Below, piece by piece: positions 37,316-45,638 of a stretch of DNA of 64,000 bases. Positions within the stretch are counted from its first letter, which is position 1, and each line of letters opens with the position of its first letter. The notes below the pieces were generated by a model. It was not told the origin of the DNA. It worked only from the letters and a program-made list of their open reading frames with translations, and searched no databases. The stretch is from Candidatus Spongiisociaceae bacterium (GTDB lineage: Bacteria > Actinomycetota > Acidimicrobiia > Spongiisociales > Spongiisociaceae), in NCBI GenBank assembly GCA_965262915.1, contig OZ253564.1, positions 864,001-928,000 of the forward strand, in the 5' to 3' direction. The position numbers and the translations under genes are program-made.

Positions 37316-39487
37316 ATGTACCGGGTAGCCATCGATGTAGGCGGCACGTTCACCGACTGTCTGGTGCTCGACGAGCGGAGCGGCGACCTGCGCCAGTTCA
37401 AGGCCCCCACAACTCCCGCGGATCCTTCGATCGGCTGTATCAACGGCCTTTCGAAAGCCGCGGCGGCCTACGGACTTTCGCTGCCCGCCTTCCTGGGTCG
37501 GGTGGAACTTCTCATTCACGGCACGACTCTGGCGACCAACACCCTCATCAACGAGGACGGCGCTAAGACCGGGATGATCACGACCAAGCACTTTCGGGAC
37601 ATGCTGGAGATACGGCGCGGCTACAAGAACGTGCGAGTGTCGATGTACAACGTGTTCATCCCGCCTTACAAGCCTTTGATCCCGAGACGTCTGCGGCTCG
37701 AGGCGGAGGAGCGCGTCCTGTACACGGGCGAGGTTCTCACCCCTCTGAACGAGGATGACGTTCGAGAGGCGGCCCGACGGCTCGGCCGCGAGGGGATCGA
37801 GTCGGTCGCGATCGGTTTCCTGCACTCCTATGCCAACCCCGGTCACGAGCTACTCGCGGCCGAGATCGTGCGGGAGGAACTAGGTGACGAGGTCTACGTC
37901 ACGACATCGTCCCAGATCCTCCCGGTCTGGAGAGAGTGGGAGCGCTTCTCGACGATGGCGGTGTCGGCTTACACGGGCCCGGCGGTGAAGCGCTACCTGC
38001 TGGCTCTCGAGAGCCGTCTTGCCGAGAACGGCTTCGCGGGCAGCCTGATGATGATGCTCTCGGATGGTCTCGTGGAGACGGTCGAGAACTGCATTCCTCG
38101 GGCTGTCTACCTGATCGGATCCGGACCGGCGGCCGCACCTGCCGGGGCCGTACACCTAGGGGACGAAACCGGCCACCGGAACCTTCTCAGCTTCGACATG
38201 GGGGGAACGTCTATCGACATCGGGGTGGTGATGGGAGGCGAGATTCCCACCACCTCGGAGGGGTGGGTCCAGGACGAGCGCGTAGCCATCAAGATGGTGG
38301 ACATAGTCTCGGCCGGCGCCGGCGGAGGCTCGATAGCGTGGGTCGATTCGCTGGGCCTGCCGCGGGTCGGTCCGAACTCGGCCGGGAGCGATCCGGGACC
38401 GGCCTGCTACGCCAAGGGCGGTGAGAACCCGACGGTCACCGACGCGGACCTGGTGCTCGGCTACATAGACCCCGGATACTTCCTGGGGGGCGAGATAGAG
38501 CTCGACGTCGAACTGGCCGAGCGCGCTATCAGGCGAAAGGTGGCGGAGCCGCTCGGGATGACCTCAGAGGAGGCTGCCCAGGCGATAATGACCGCGGTCA
38601 GCTCCTTCACAGCCGACGAGATCAACGAAGTATCCACTCGCCGCGGCATAGATATCCGTGATCTCACCCTCGTGGCAGGGGGCGGGGCCGGGCCGGCGCA
38701 CGCGGCGTTCATCGCCGACATTCTGGGCCTCCCGCATGTGATCATTCCCTCGGTGGCCTCGACCTACTCGGCGTTCGGGATGTTCGCCATGGACGTGGGC
38801 CGTAACTACGCCCGTTCCTACATCACCCGCTACGCAGATCTCGATTCTGATCGGGTACAGGTGCTGTACGAGGAGATGGAGCAGGAGGCCATCGCAGGTT
38901 TCGAGGAAATGGGATACGAGGCGAGCGACGTGAGCTTCTTCCGGACCGCCGATCTCCGCTACATAGGCCAGTTTCACGAGGTGGAGGTCGAGATGCCGAT
39001 GGACCCCGGTCAGGATCCGGCCGCGACCGCCGAGAAGACCTTCAGGGCGAGTGTGTTCCGGGACGCCGGCGGAATGAGAATGCTCGACGCAGTCGAGGAA
39101 GCCATCGAGAACTTCCACGCCAAGCACTTCGACCTGTACACCTTCAACATGCCCTGGCAGGGCGTGGAACTGTTGACGTTCCGGTTGCGGGCGACCGTCC
39201 CGAGGGCGCCCTTCGAGCTCCAGCGGATCGCCGAGGGCGGGCCCGATCCGTCGGCCGCGCTCAAGGCGCATCGGAAGTGCTGGTTCGACGGGAAGGCGGT
39301 TCGTACCCCGATCTTCGACGGTGGTCGCCTGCTGGCGGGTAACCGGATCTCCGGTCCGGCGATCATCGAGGAGCCGACGACGACGGTGGTCATTCCCAAG
39401 TCGTACGTCGCTACGGTCGACGCACAACGGAGCTACCACCTAGCCCGCAGTGCAACGGCTGCCAACGTGACAGGAGGCGCGGTATGA
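37316..39487 (+). CDS. Hydantoinase/oxoprolinase subunit A, pair 1
   Basis: IDVGGTFTD, HGTTLATN, SGPAA, DMGGTS, GAGGGS, PGPACY, TVTDA; GGAGG RBS. Confidence 0.92.
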   Translation: MYRVAIDVGGTFTDCLVLDERSGDLRQFKAPTTPADPSIGCINGLSKAAAAYGLSLPAFLGRVELLIHGTTLATNTLINEDGAKTGMITTKHFRDMLEIRRGYKNVRVSMYNVFIPPYKPLIPRRLRLEAEERVLYTGEVLTPLNEDDVREAARRLGREGIESVAIGFLHSYANPGHELLAAEIVREELGDEVYVTTSSQILPVWREWERFSTMAVSAYTGPAVKRYLLALESRLAENGFAGSLMMMLSDGLVETVENCIPRAVYLIGSGPAAAPAGAVHLGDETGHRNLLSFDMGGTSIDIGVVMGGEIPTTSEGWVQDERVAIKMVDIVSAGAGGGSIAWVDSLGLPRVGPNSAGSDPGPACYAKGGENPTVTDADLVLGYIDPGYFLGGEIELDVELAERAIRRKVAEPLGMTSEEAAQAIMTAVSSFTADEINEVSTRRGIDIRDLTLVAGGGAGPAHAAFIADILGLPHVIIPSVASTYSAFGMFAMDVGRNYARSYITRYADLDSDRVQVLYEEMEQEAIAGFEEMGYEASDVSFFRTADLRYIGQFHEVEVEMPMDPGQDPAATAEKTFRASVFRDAGGMRMLDAVEEAIENFHAKHFDLYTFNMPWQGVELLTFRLRATVPRAPFELQRIAEGGPDPSAALKAHRKCWFDGKAVRTPIFDGGRLLAGNRISGPAIIEEPTTTVVIPKSYVATVDAQRSYHLARSATAANVTGGAV

Positions 39488-41259
39488 AAGCCGACACCAT
39501 CGACCCGATCACCCTGTCGACCATCTGGAACTCCTTCCAGAGCATGGGTCGCGAGATGCGACACGTGATCGACCGCACCGCGCAGAACTACCTGATCGCC
39601 CAACTCCACGACATGGCGGCGGGTATCTGGGATGCGCAGGCCCGTACCATCGCGGTGCCCGAGGGGCCGACCTCCATGTTCCTGTCGCAGCAGTTCTCGG
39701 TCGAGTACATCCTCGACAAGTTCGGCGACGACCTCCACCCGGGGGATGTCATCATCTGCAACGACCCTTATAAGGGGTACTGCAACCACCTTCCGGACTG
39801 GGGCTTCTTCCGGCCCATCTTCTACGAGGACGAGCTGGTCTTCGTAGCCCTCACCCGCGGGCACCAGCTCGACACAGGGGGTGCCTTCCCCGGCGGCTAC
39901 TTCCCCAACGGCTACGACATCCACGCCGAAGGGTTGATGATCCCTCCGACCAAGATCTACGACCGGGGCCGGGAGCGCACCGATGTGCTCGAGCTCATCT
40001 GGAACAACGTCCGCTGGCCCGACGGCGTGAAGATCGACAACTACGCGCTGATGGCCGCGCTGCAGGTCTGCGACAACCGGGTCGTCGCCCTGCTCGACAA
40101 GTACAGCCTCCCGACGGTCAAAGAAGCCGTGGAGGAGATGCTCGACCGTATGGAGACCAACGTTCGTGCCCAGCTGGCCGAGGTTCCCGACGGCACCTAT
40201 TACGGCGAATCGGCAACCGACGACGACGGCACCGTTCTCGACGAGCAAGTGTGGGTCCGGTGCGCGGCGACCATCAAAGGCGACGAGCTCATCCTGGACT
40301 TCTCCGAAAGCGACGCGCAGCGGCGCGGCTTCGTCAACTGTGTATATTCGTCGACCTACAGCCGGGCGGTGGCAGGGAGCTTCCTGTACTTCGATCCCAC
40401 CTACTCGGAGTTCCACAACGAGGGCAGCATGCGCCCCATCACAGTGGTCGCTCCCGAAGGTTCGGTCTGCAATGCCCAGTACCCGGCGACGGTCGGCGGC
40501 TCTCCGGTGAACGTGGGGACGCAGGTGCTCGAGGCGACGGTGAGCGCTCTGTCGAAGGCCATGCCGGACAAGGCGATCGCCGGATGGGGGCGGCGTCGAG
40601 GCCACTACATCGCCGGTGTCGACCCCCGCACGGGGGAGCGGTACGTACAGACCACCACCGACGCGGACGGCGGATCGGGTGCCGTTTGGGGATACGACGG
40701 ATTCGAAGGGGCGATGGGAATGTCCGGCCTTGGTTCGATCCGGAGGGGCAGCGTCGAAGAGATCGAGATCAGGTTCCCGTGGCGGGCCGTGCGCTACCAC
40801 TACGTCCCGGACATGTCCGGCGCCGGTCGCTGGCGGGGAGGATCGGGAATGCTGTGGGAGGTGGAGAACGTCGGCGGGGATGTCGGCGTGGCCACCGGTA
40901 GCTCGGACGGGGATCTCACCCAGCCTCCGGGAGCGGGCGGTGGCGAAGACGGTCCGCTATCGAGGATGTACCTCCGCCGGGGTGATGAGACGATCCCGGC
41001 CCGAACCCACCGGATGGTGCAGGTCAGGACAGGCGAGATCCTCGGAAAGGTCAGCGGCGGCGGTGGTGGGGTAGGGGATCCCACCGAGCGTGAGCCCGAG
41101 AAGGTACTCGATGACGTAATGAACGAGTGGGTGACGCTCGAGCATGCCCGGAACGTCTACAAGGTGGTGATCGACCCTGAATCGATGACCATCGACAGAG
41201 AGCAGACCAGGCTGCTCCGGAGCTCCACCGGCGCTTCCCCAGAGAAGACCGAGACCTAG
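39484..41259 (+). CDS. Hydantoinase/oxoprolinase subunit B, pair 1
   Basis: DPITL, NDPY, H.PD, HQLDTGG, EGL, GAGRWRGG, GGGGGVGDP. Confidence 0.9.
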   Translation: MKADTIDPITLSTIWNSFQSMGREMRHVIDRTAQNYLIAQLHDMAAGIWDAQARTIAVPEGPTSMFLSQQFSVEYILDKFGDDLHPGDVIICNDPYKGYCNHLPDWGFFRPIFYEDELVFVALTRGHQLDTGGAFPGGYFPNGYDIHAEGLMIPPTKIYDRGRERTDVLELIWNNVRWPDGVKIDNYALMAALQVCDNRVVALLDKYSLPTVKEAVEEMLDRMETNVRAQLAEVPDGTYYGESATDDDGTVLDEQVWVRCAATIKGDELILDFSESDAQRRGFVNCVYSSTYSRAVAGSFLYFDPTYSEFHNEGSMRPITVVAPEGSVCNAQYPATVGGSPVNVGTQVLEATVSALSKAMPDKAIAGWGRRRGHYIAGVDPRTGERYVQTTTDADGGSGAVWGYDGFEGAMGMSGLGSIRRGSVEEIEIRFPWRAVRYHYVPDMSGAGRWRGGSGMLWEVENVGGDVGVATGSSDGDLTQPPGAGGGEDGPLSRMYLRRGDETIPARTHRMVQVRTGEILGKVSGGGGGVGDPTEREPEKVLDDVMNEWVTLEHARNVYKVVIDPESMTIDREQTRLLRSSTGASPEKTET

Positions 41260-41362
41260 GAGAATGCTGAAACACGGTGGTAGCGGTTAGCCCTCCGTCC
41301 GCTGACCAGGTAGTTTGCCATCGGCCGTCGGGCCAACGGGGCGTTTCTCAGCACTCTCCTAG
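41256..41362. mobile_element. MITE-like family C (107 bp)
   Basis: CTAGGAGAATGCTGA ... TCAGCACTCTCCTAG (14/15 inverted); left CTAG contains the upstream TAG stop; a similar right end lies at 3799-3812. Confidence 0.7.
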
Positions 41363-41368
41363 GCCCGT

Positions 41369-42328
41369 ATGAACGAACCGATCCCGCCGACGGATCTGGA
41401 GATCCTGAGGCGAATGTGGCTCATCAGGGTATTCGAAGAGAAGGCCTCGGAGCTCTATGCCAGCGGTCAAGTTGCAGGGTTGCTCCACCTCGGCATCGGT
41501 CAGGAGGGCTCGGCGGTCGGGACCTGTGCCGCCCTCCGGTCCGGCGACTACGTATTCGGTAACCACCGGTCCCACGCGCATGCGATTGCCAAGGGAGCGG
41601 ACCTCCGACGGTTGATGGCCGAGATCGCGGGCCGCTCGACCGGCTACTGCAAGGGCAAGGGCGGATCGATGCACATCTCCGCTCCCGAGGTGGGGTTCAT
41701 CACCGCCACCGGTGTGGTGGCCGGGAACATCCCGCTGGCGTTGGGGGCCGCCCTGACGAGCGCCACGAGGAACGAGGATCGGGTGTCCGTGGCCTTCTTC
41801 GGCGACGGCGCCGGACAGAGCGGTGCCTTCCACGAGAGCCTCAACCTGGCGGCGCTCTGGAAGCTTCCGGTGATCCTCGTCTGCGAGAACAACGGTTACG
41901 TCGAGTTCTCGCCTCTCTCCGCCCATACGGTCGTGGAACGCTTGGCGGACTACGCCTCCGTGTACTCGATTCCGTCCGTCACCGTCGACGGCGGTGATGT
42001 GCTGGCGGTCAGAGGCGCTGTCCAGGATGCGGTAGGCCTTGCCAGAGAGGGTGGCGGACCGTCCTTCGTGGAGGTGCTCACCCACCGCTTGCGCGGTCAT
42101 TACGAAGGCGATCCCGCCACTTACCGGAAGCTGTCGGAACGGGACGAATGGAAACGGAAGGACCCCGTCGCGCGCTTCGCGAGATACCTGCTGGACGGCG
42201 GGGTGACACCGGAGTTCCTGGCGGAGATCGAGATGGAGGCCCGTGCTGCGGTCGCCACGGCCGCCGACCAGGCTCTACGGGATCCGGTTGCCGACCCGCG
42301 GGAGTTGATCAGCGACGTGTACGTCTGA
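41369..42328 (+). CDS. TPP-dependent dehydrogenase E1 alpha, pair 2
   Basis: HLGIGQE, NHRSH, GKGGSMH, FGDGA...ENN, HRLRGH. Confidence 0.9.
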   Translation: MNEPIPPTDLEILRRMWLIRVFEEKASELYASGQVAGLLHLGIGQEGSAVGTCAALRSGDYVFGNHRSHAHAIAKGADLRRLMAEIAGRSTGYCKGKGGSMHISAPEVGFITATGVVAGNIPLALGAALTSATRNEDRVSVAFFGDGAGQSGAFHESLNLAALWKLPVILVCENNGYVEFSPLSAHTVVERLADYASVYSIPSVTVDGGDVLAVRGAVQDAVGLAREGGGPSFVEVLTHRLRGHYEGDPATYRKLSERDEWKRKDPVARFARYLLDGGVTPEFLAEIEMEARAAVATAADQALRDPVADPRELISDVYV

Positions 42329-43341
42329 TGACCGCCCGGGTTCGATACATCGAGGCTATCCGGCAGGGGTTGCGGTTCTCCCTGGAGTCCGACCCTTCGG
42401 TTGTCGTGTTGGGCGAGGATGTGCGATACGGAGGACCCTTCGGCGCTACCCGGGGGTTGGCCGACGATTTCGGTAAGGCCCGCATCCTCGACACCCCGAT
42501 CAGCGAGGCCACCGTGATGGGTATGGCAACCGGAGCAGCGACCACCGGTCTGCGACCCGTGGTCGAGATCATGTTCGTCGACTTCGTAACCCTGGCGATG
42601 GACCAGTTGGTCAACCATGCCGCCAAGCTGGGCTTCATGACCGGTGGTGGCCTCCGGGTACCGCTGACTGTCCGGGTCCAGGGTGGTGTCACCGGTCGGT
42701 TCGGTGCCCACCACTCCCAGAGCCTCGAGTCGTGGTTCGTCCATACACCGGGTCTCAAGGTGGTGGCGCCCGCCTTTCCCGGTGACGCCAAGAAACTCCT
42801 CGAGGTAGCGATCGCCGACGACAACCCGGTGGTGTACGTGGAGCACCGGGGTCTGTACTGGAGGAAGGGTGACGTTTCGGGTGATGAGCCCGCATCGGGA
42901 GCGATCGTCCGGCGCTCCGGTGACGATGTGACCCTCATCTCCTACTCGAGGATGGTCCACCAAGCTCTGGAGGCGGCGGATACTCTCTCCGCAGAGGGGA
43001 TCGAGTGCGAGGTGATCGACCTCCGCTGGCTAGCTCCTTTGGATCTGGGACCGGGGCTCGAATCTCTGCACCGCACGGGTCGGGTAGTCGTAGCCCACGA
43101 AGCCGTTACTACGAGCGGGGTGGGGGCTGAGGTGGTCGCCCGTCTGCAGGATGCAGCCTACGGTGAACTGGTCGCCCCGATCGCGCGGGTCGGTGCACCG
43201 TTCGCTCCGGTGGGCGCCGCTCCGGAACTGGAGGACGCGTACCTTCCCGGTAGCGAAGATATCGTAGGGGCGGTTCGTGGGCTACTCGGTCTGGCCGTTC
43301 CCCGAACGGATCGACGAAGGGAGGAAACTCATGATCCCTGA
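42328..43341 (+). CDS. TPP-dependent dehydrogenase E1 beta, pair 2
   Basis: LGEDV, DTPISE, GLRPVVEIMF, HHSQ. Confidence 0.9.
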   Translation: MTARVRYIEAIRQGLRFSLESDPSVVVLGEDVRYGGPFGATRGLADDFGKARILDTPISEATVMGMATGAATTGLRPVVEIMFVDFVTLAMDQLVNHAAKLGFMTGGGLRVPLTVRVQGGVTGRFGAHHSQSLESWFVHTPGLKVVAPAFPGDAKKLLEVAIADDNPVVYVEHRGLYWRKGDVSGDEPASGAIVRRSGDDVTLISYSRMVHQALEAADTLSAEGIECEVIDLRWLAPLDLGPGLESLHRTGRVVVAHEAVTTSGVGAEVVARLQDAAYGELVAPIARVGAPFAPVGAAPELEDAYLPGSEDIVGAVRGLLGLAVPRTDRRREETHDP

Positions 43342-44350
43342 CCTACCCGTTGATCGGCTCGCCGACTACCTGCGCCGGATGCTGGTGATCCGGCGTTTCG
43401 AGGAGGCGCTGATAATGCTGGCCGGCGATTACGACGTCGGTCACTTCCACGTATACATCGGGCAGGAAACCACCGGCGTGGCCGCGTTGGCCCAGCTCGA
43501 GCCGGGAGACCTGGCTTTCACCACCCACAGGAACCACGGCCACCTCCTGGCGAGGGGCACCGATCCGGGGGCCATGTTCGCTGAGATCCTGGGCAAGGGA
43601 ACCGGCACCAACCGTGGCAAGGGAGGCACCCTCCACATCGCCTCGGTCGAGAACGGATTCCCCACCACGTCGGCGGCTACCGGAGGCTGCACGCCGCTGG
43701 CGACCGGCGCCGCTTTCGCATTCTCCCGGCTGGGTAAGGACCGGGTGTCGGTCTGTTTGTTCGGTGACGGGGCTCTCGAGGAGGGCACCTTCCACGAGTC
43801 GATCAACATCGCCGCTCTCGAGTCCCTCCCCGTCATCTACCTGTGCGAGAACAACAGCTTGGAGGCACTCGGTCAGAAGGCCAACGAGTACCCGTCCTCG
43901 ACCATGGCTGCGGCGCCGCTGACCGATCTGGCCGCCGCCTTCAAGGTGCCGACCATCACGGTGGACGGTACCGATGCCGGGGCGGTCCACGATGCGATGG
44001 CCACGGCCATCAGCCGGGCACGCGGCGGCGGGGGACCCACTTTCATAGAAGCCCTCACGGTTCGCTGGCCGGGAAGCCGTCCCCTCTGGCCGCAGCTCCT
44101 GACCGGTCCGACCGACCTCTCCTACGCCTGGGAGGCCTCGGCGGTCCCGGCCGACTACGCGGTCTGGCACACCGAGCAGGACGGCCTGCTCCGGTACGTT
44201 CGGGAACTGGTTGCCGCCGGGGCGCTGACCAGGGACGAGGCCTTGGCGATGGACGAGGAGATCACGGATCAGATGAGGAACGCCGTGCAGTTCGCGCTGG
44301 ACAGCCCGTACCCACCCGCCGCCAGCGCCCTCGAGTCCGTCTACGCATAG
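43331..44350 (+). CDS. Divergent E1 alpha, pair 3
   Basis: HVYIGQE, THRNHGH, GKGGTLH, FGDGA...ENN; the RxxGH loop reads RWPGS. Confidence 0.85.
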   Translation: MIPDLPVDRLADYLRRMLVIRRFEEALIMLAGDYDVGHFHVYIGQETTGVAALAQLEPGDLAFTTHRNHGHLLARGTDPGAMFAEILGKGTGTNRGKGGTLHIASVENGFPTTSAATGGCTPLATGAAFAFSRLGKDRVSVCLFGDGALEEGTFHESINIAALESLPVIYLCENNSLEALGQKANEYPSSTMAAAPLTDLAAAFKVPTITVDGTDAGAVHDAMATAISRARGGGGPTFIEALTVRWPGSRPLWPQLLTGPTDLSYAWEASAVPADYAVWHTEQDGLLRYVRELVAAGALTRDEALAMDEEITDQMRNAVQFALDSPYPPAASALESVYA

Positions 44351-44417
44351 TGGTGTGTCTGTGAAATGGCGATGTGGCATGCAGGACACGGCGAATCACT
44401 CTTGCGGACGTACCACT
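44349..44417 (-). mobile_element. Family A short degenerate copy (69 bp), reverse orientation
   Basis: TAGTGGTGTGTCTGTGAAA...GTGGCATGCAGGACACGG...ACCACTAG; starts in the TAG stop codon. Confidence 0.7.
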
Positions 44418-44430
44418 AGGGAGGATGGGA

Positions 44431-45417
44431 ATGCGTGAAATGCTCTACGCCGAGGCGCTGGTCGAGTCGTTGCGTCACCAGCTGGCAACCGACGAGCGGG
44501 TCCACCTGATGGGCCTCTACTTCCTTGGTCTCACCAAGCACCGGGAGATCATGGCGCGCCTGCATGCGGACTATCCGGGCCGGGTATACCACCCACCCAT
44601 CGCTGAGGTGGGGTACGTGGGTGTGGCGATAGGCGCCGCGGTAGCCGGGTTGAGACCGATCGTCGACATCGCCACCGCCAGCTTCATCTTCCAGGCCTTC
44701 CCCCAGATCGTGAACGAGGCGGCCAACATCCACTACATGTCCGGCGGGGCCACGAAGGTGCCGATGATCTTCCACTTCAACCACGGGATCCGGGGCGGGG
44801 GGGCAGCCCAGCACTCGCACAGCCCGCAGGCGATGCTGTGGAACACGCCGGGGTTGGAGATAATGGCCCCCTCCACTCCCCGGGACGTCAAGGGCTTGGT
44901 CAACACCGCTGCCGCATCCGGCAATCCGACCGCCTGGGTGGATCATGTGCGCCTGTTCGACACCCGGGGACCCGTTCCCGACGACGAGGACTTCTCGATC
45001 CCCTTCGGGGTGGCGGATGTCAAGCGCACGGGCGGGGACGTGACCCTGTTCGCGTCGTCCTGGATGGTGCAGCGCGCCCTTGAGGCGGCGGAGACCCTGA
45101 GCGCGGAAGGTATCGAAGCGGAGGTGATCGACCCCCGGACACTTTCCCCGCTGGACGAGCAGGCGATCCTCGAATCGGTCGCCAAGACCGGACGCCTGGT
45201 GGTGGTGGACGAATGCCACCGCCGGTGTGGCGTGGCCGCCGAGATCATGGCGGTGGTCACGGAAAACGCCTTCGGAGATCTGGTGGCGCCTCCGGTGAGG
45301 GTGACGACGGCGGATGTGCCCGTACCGTTCAGCCCCCCGCTGGAGCAGCACATAGAACCGACCACCGACAAGATCGTCGCCGCCGTGCAGGTGGTAGTCG
45401 GCGCCACTGCGGGGTAG
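44431..45417 (+). CDS. Divergent E1 beta, pair 3
   Basis: PPIAE, GLRP, AAQHS, EVIDPRTLSPLD; usual GEDV absent. Confidence 0.85.
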   Translation: MREMLYAEALVESLRHQLATDERVHLMGLYFLGLTKHREIMARLHADYPGRVYHPPIAEVGYVGVAIGAAVAGLRPIVDIATASFIFQAFPQIVNEAANIHYMSGGATKVPMIFHFNHGIRGGGAAQHSHSPQAMLWNTPGLEIMAPSTPRDVKGLVNTAAASGNPTAWVDHVRLFDTRGPVPDDEDFSIPFGVADVKRTGGDVTLFASSWMVQRALEAAETLSAEGIEAEVIDPRTLSPLDEQAILESVAKTGRLVVVDECHRRCGVAAEIMAVVTENAFGDLVAPPVRVTTADVPVPFSPPLEQHIEPTTDKIVAAVQVVVGATAG

Positions 45418-45638
45418 GCGAGCCTGGAACCCGAGCGGATAGGCAGTCTTAACCCCGGCCAAGGGTCGTCGAAGAGTGGTGTCTGTGCTGTGGTCGAGGA
45501 TTTCGGCCGGTTCGGAGGAGCTGTCAAGCCTCCATGTAGCCTCTGGTCAGCGTTCCCTCGGGTGAAGAGGAGTTGGACGACCGGCGTGACGCCTGATGGA
45601 TACCTGCACCAACGCATGGAGCGTCCTTCCGGAAGAGC

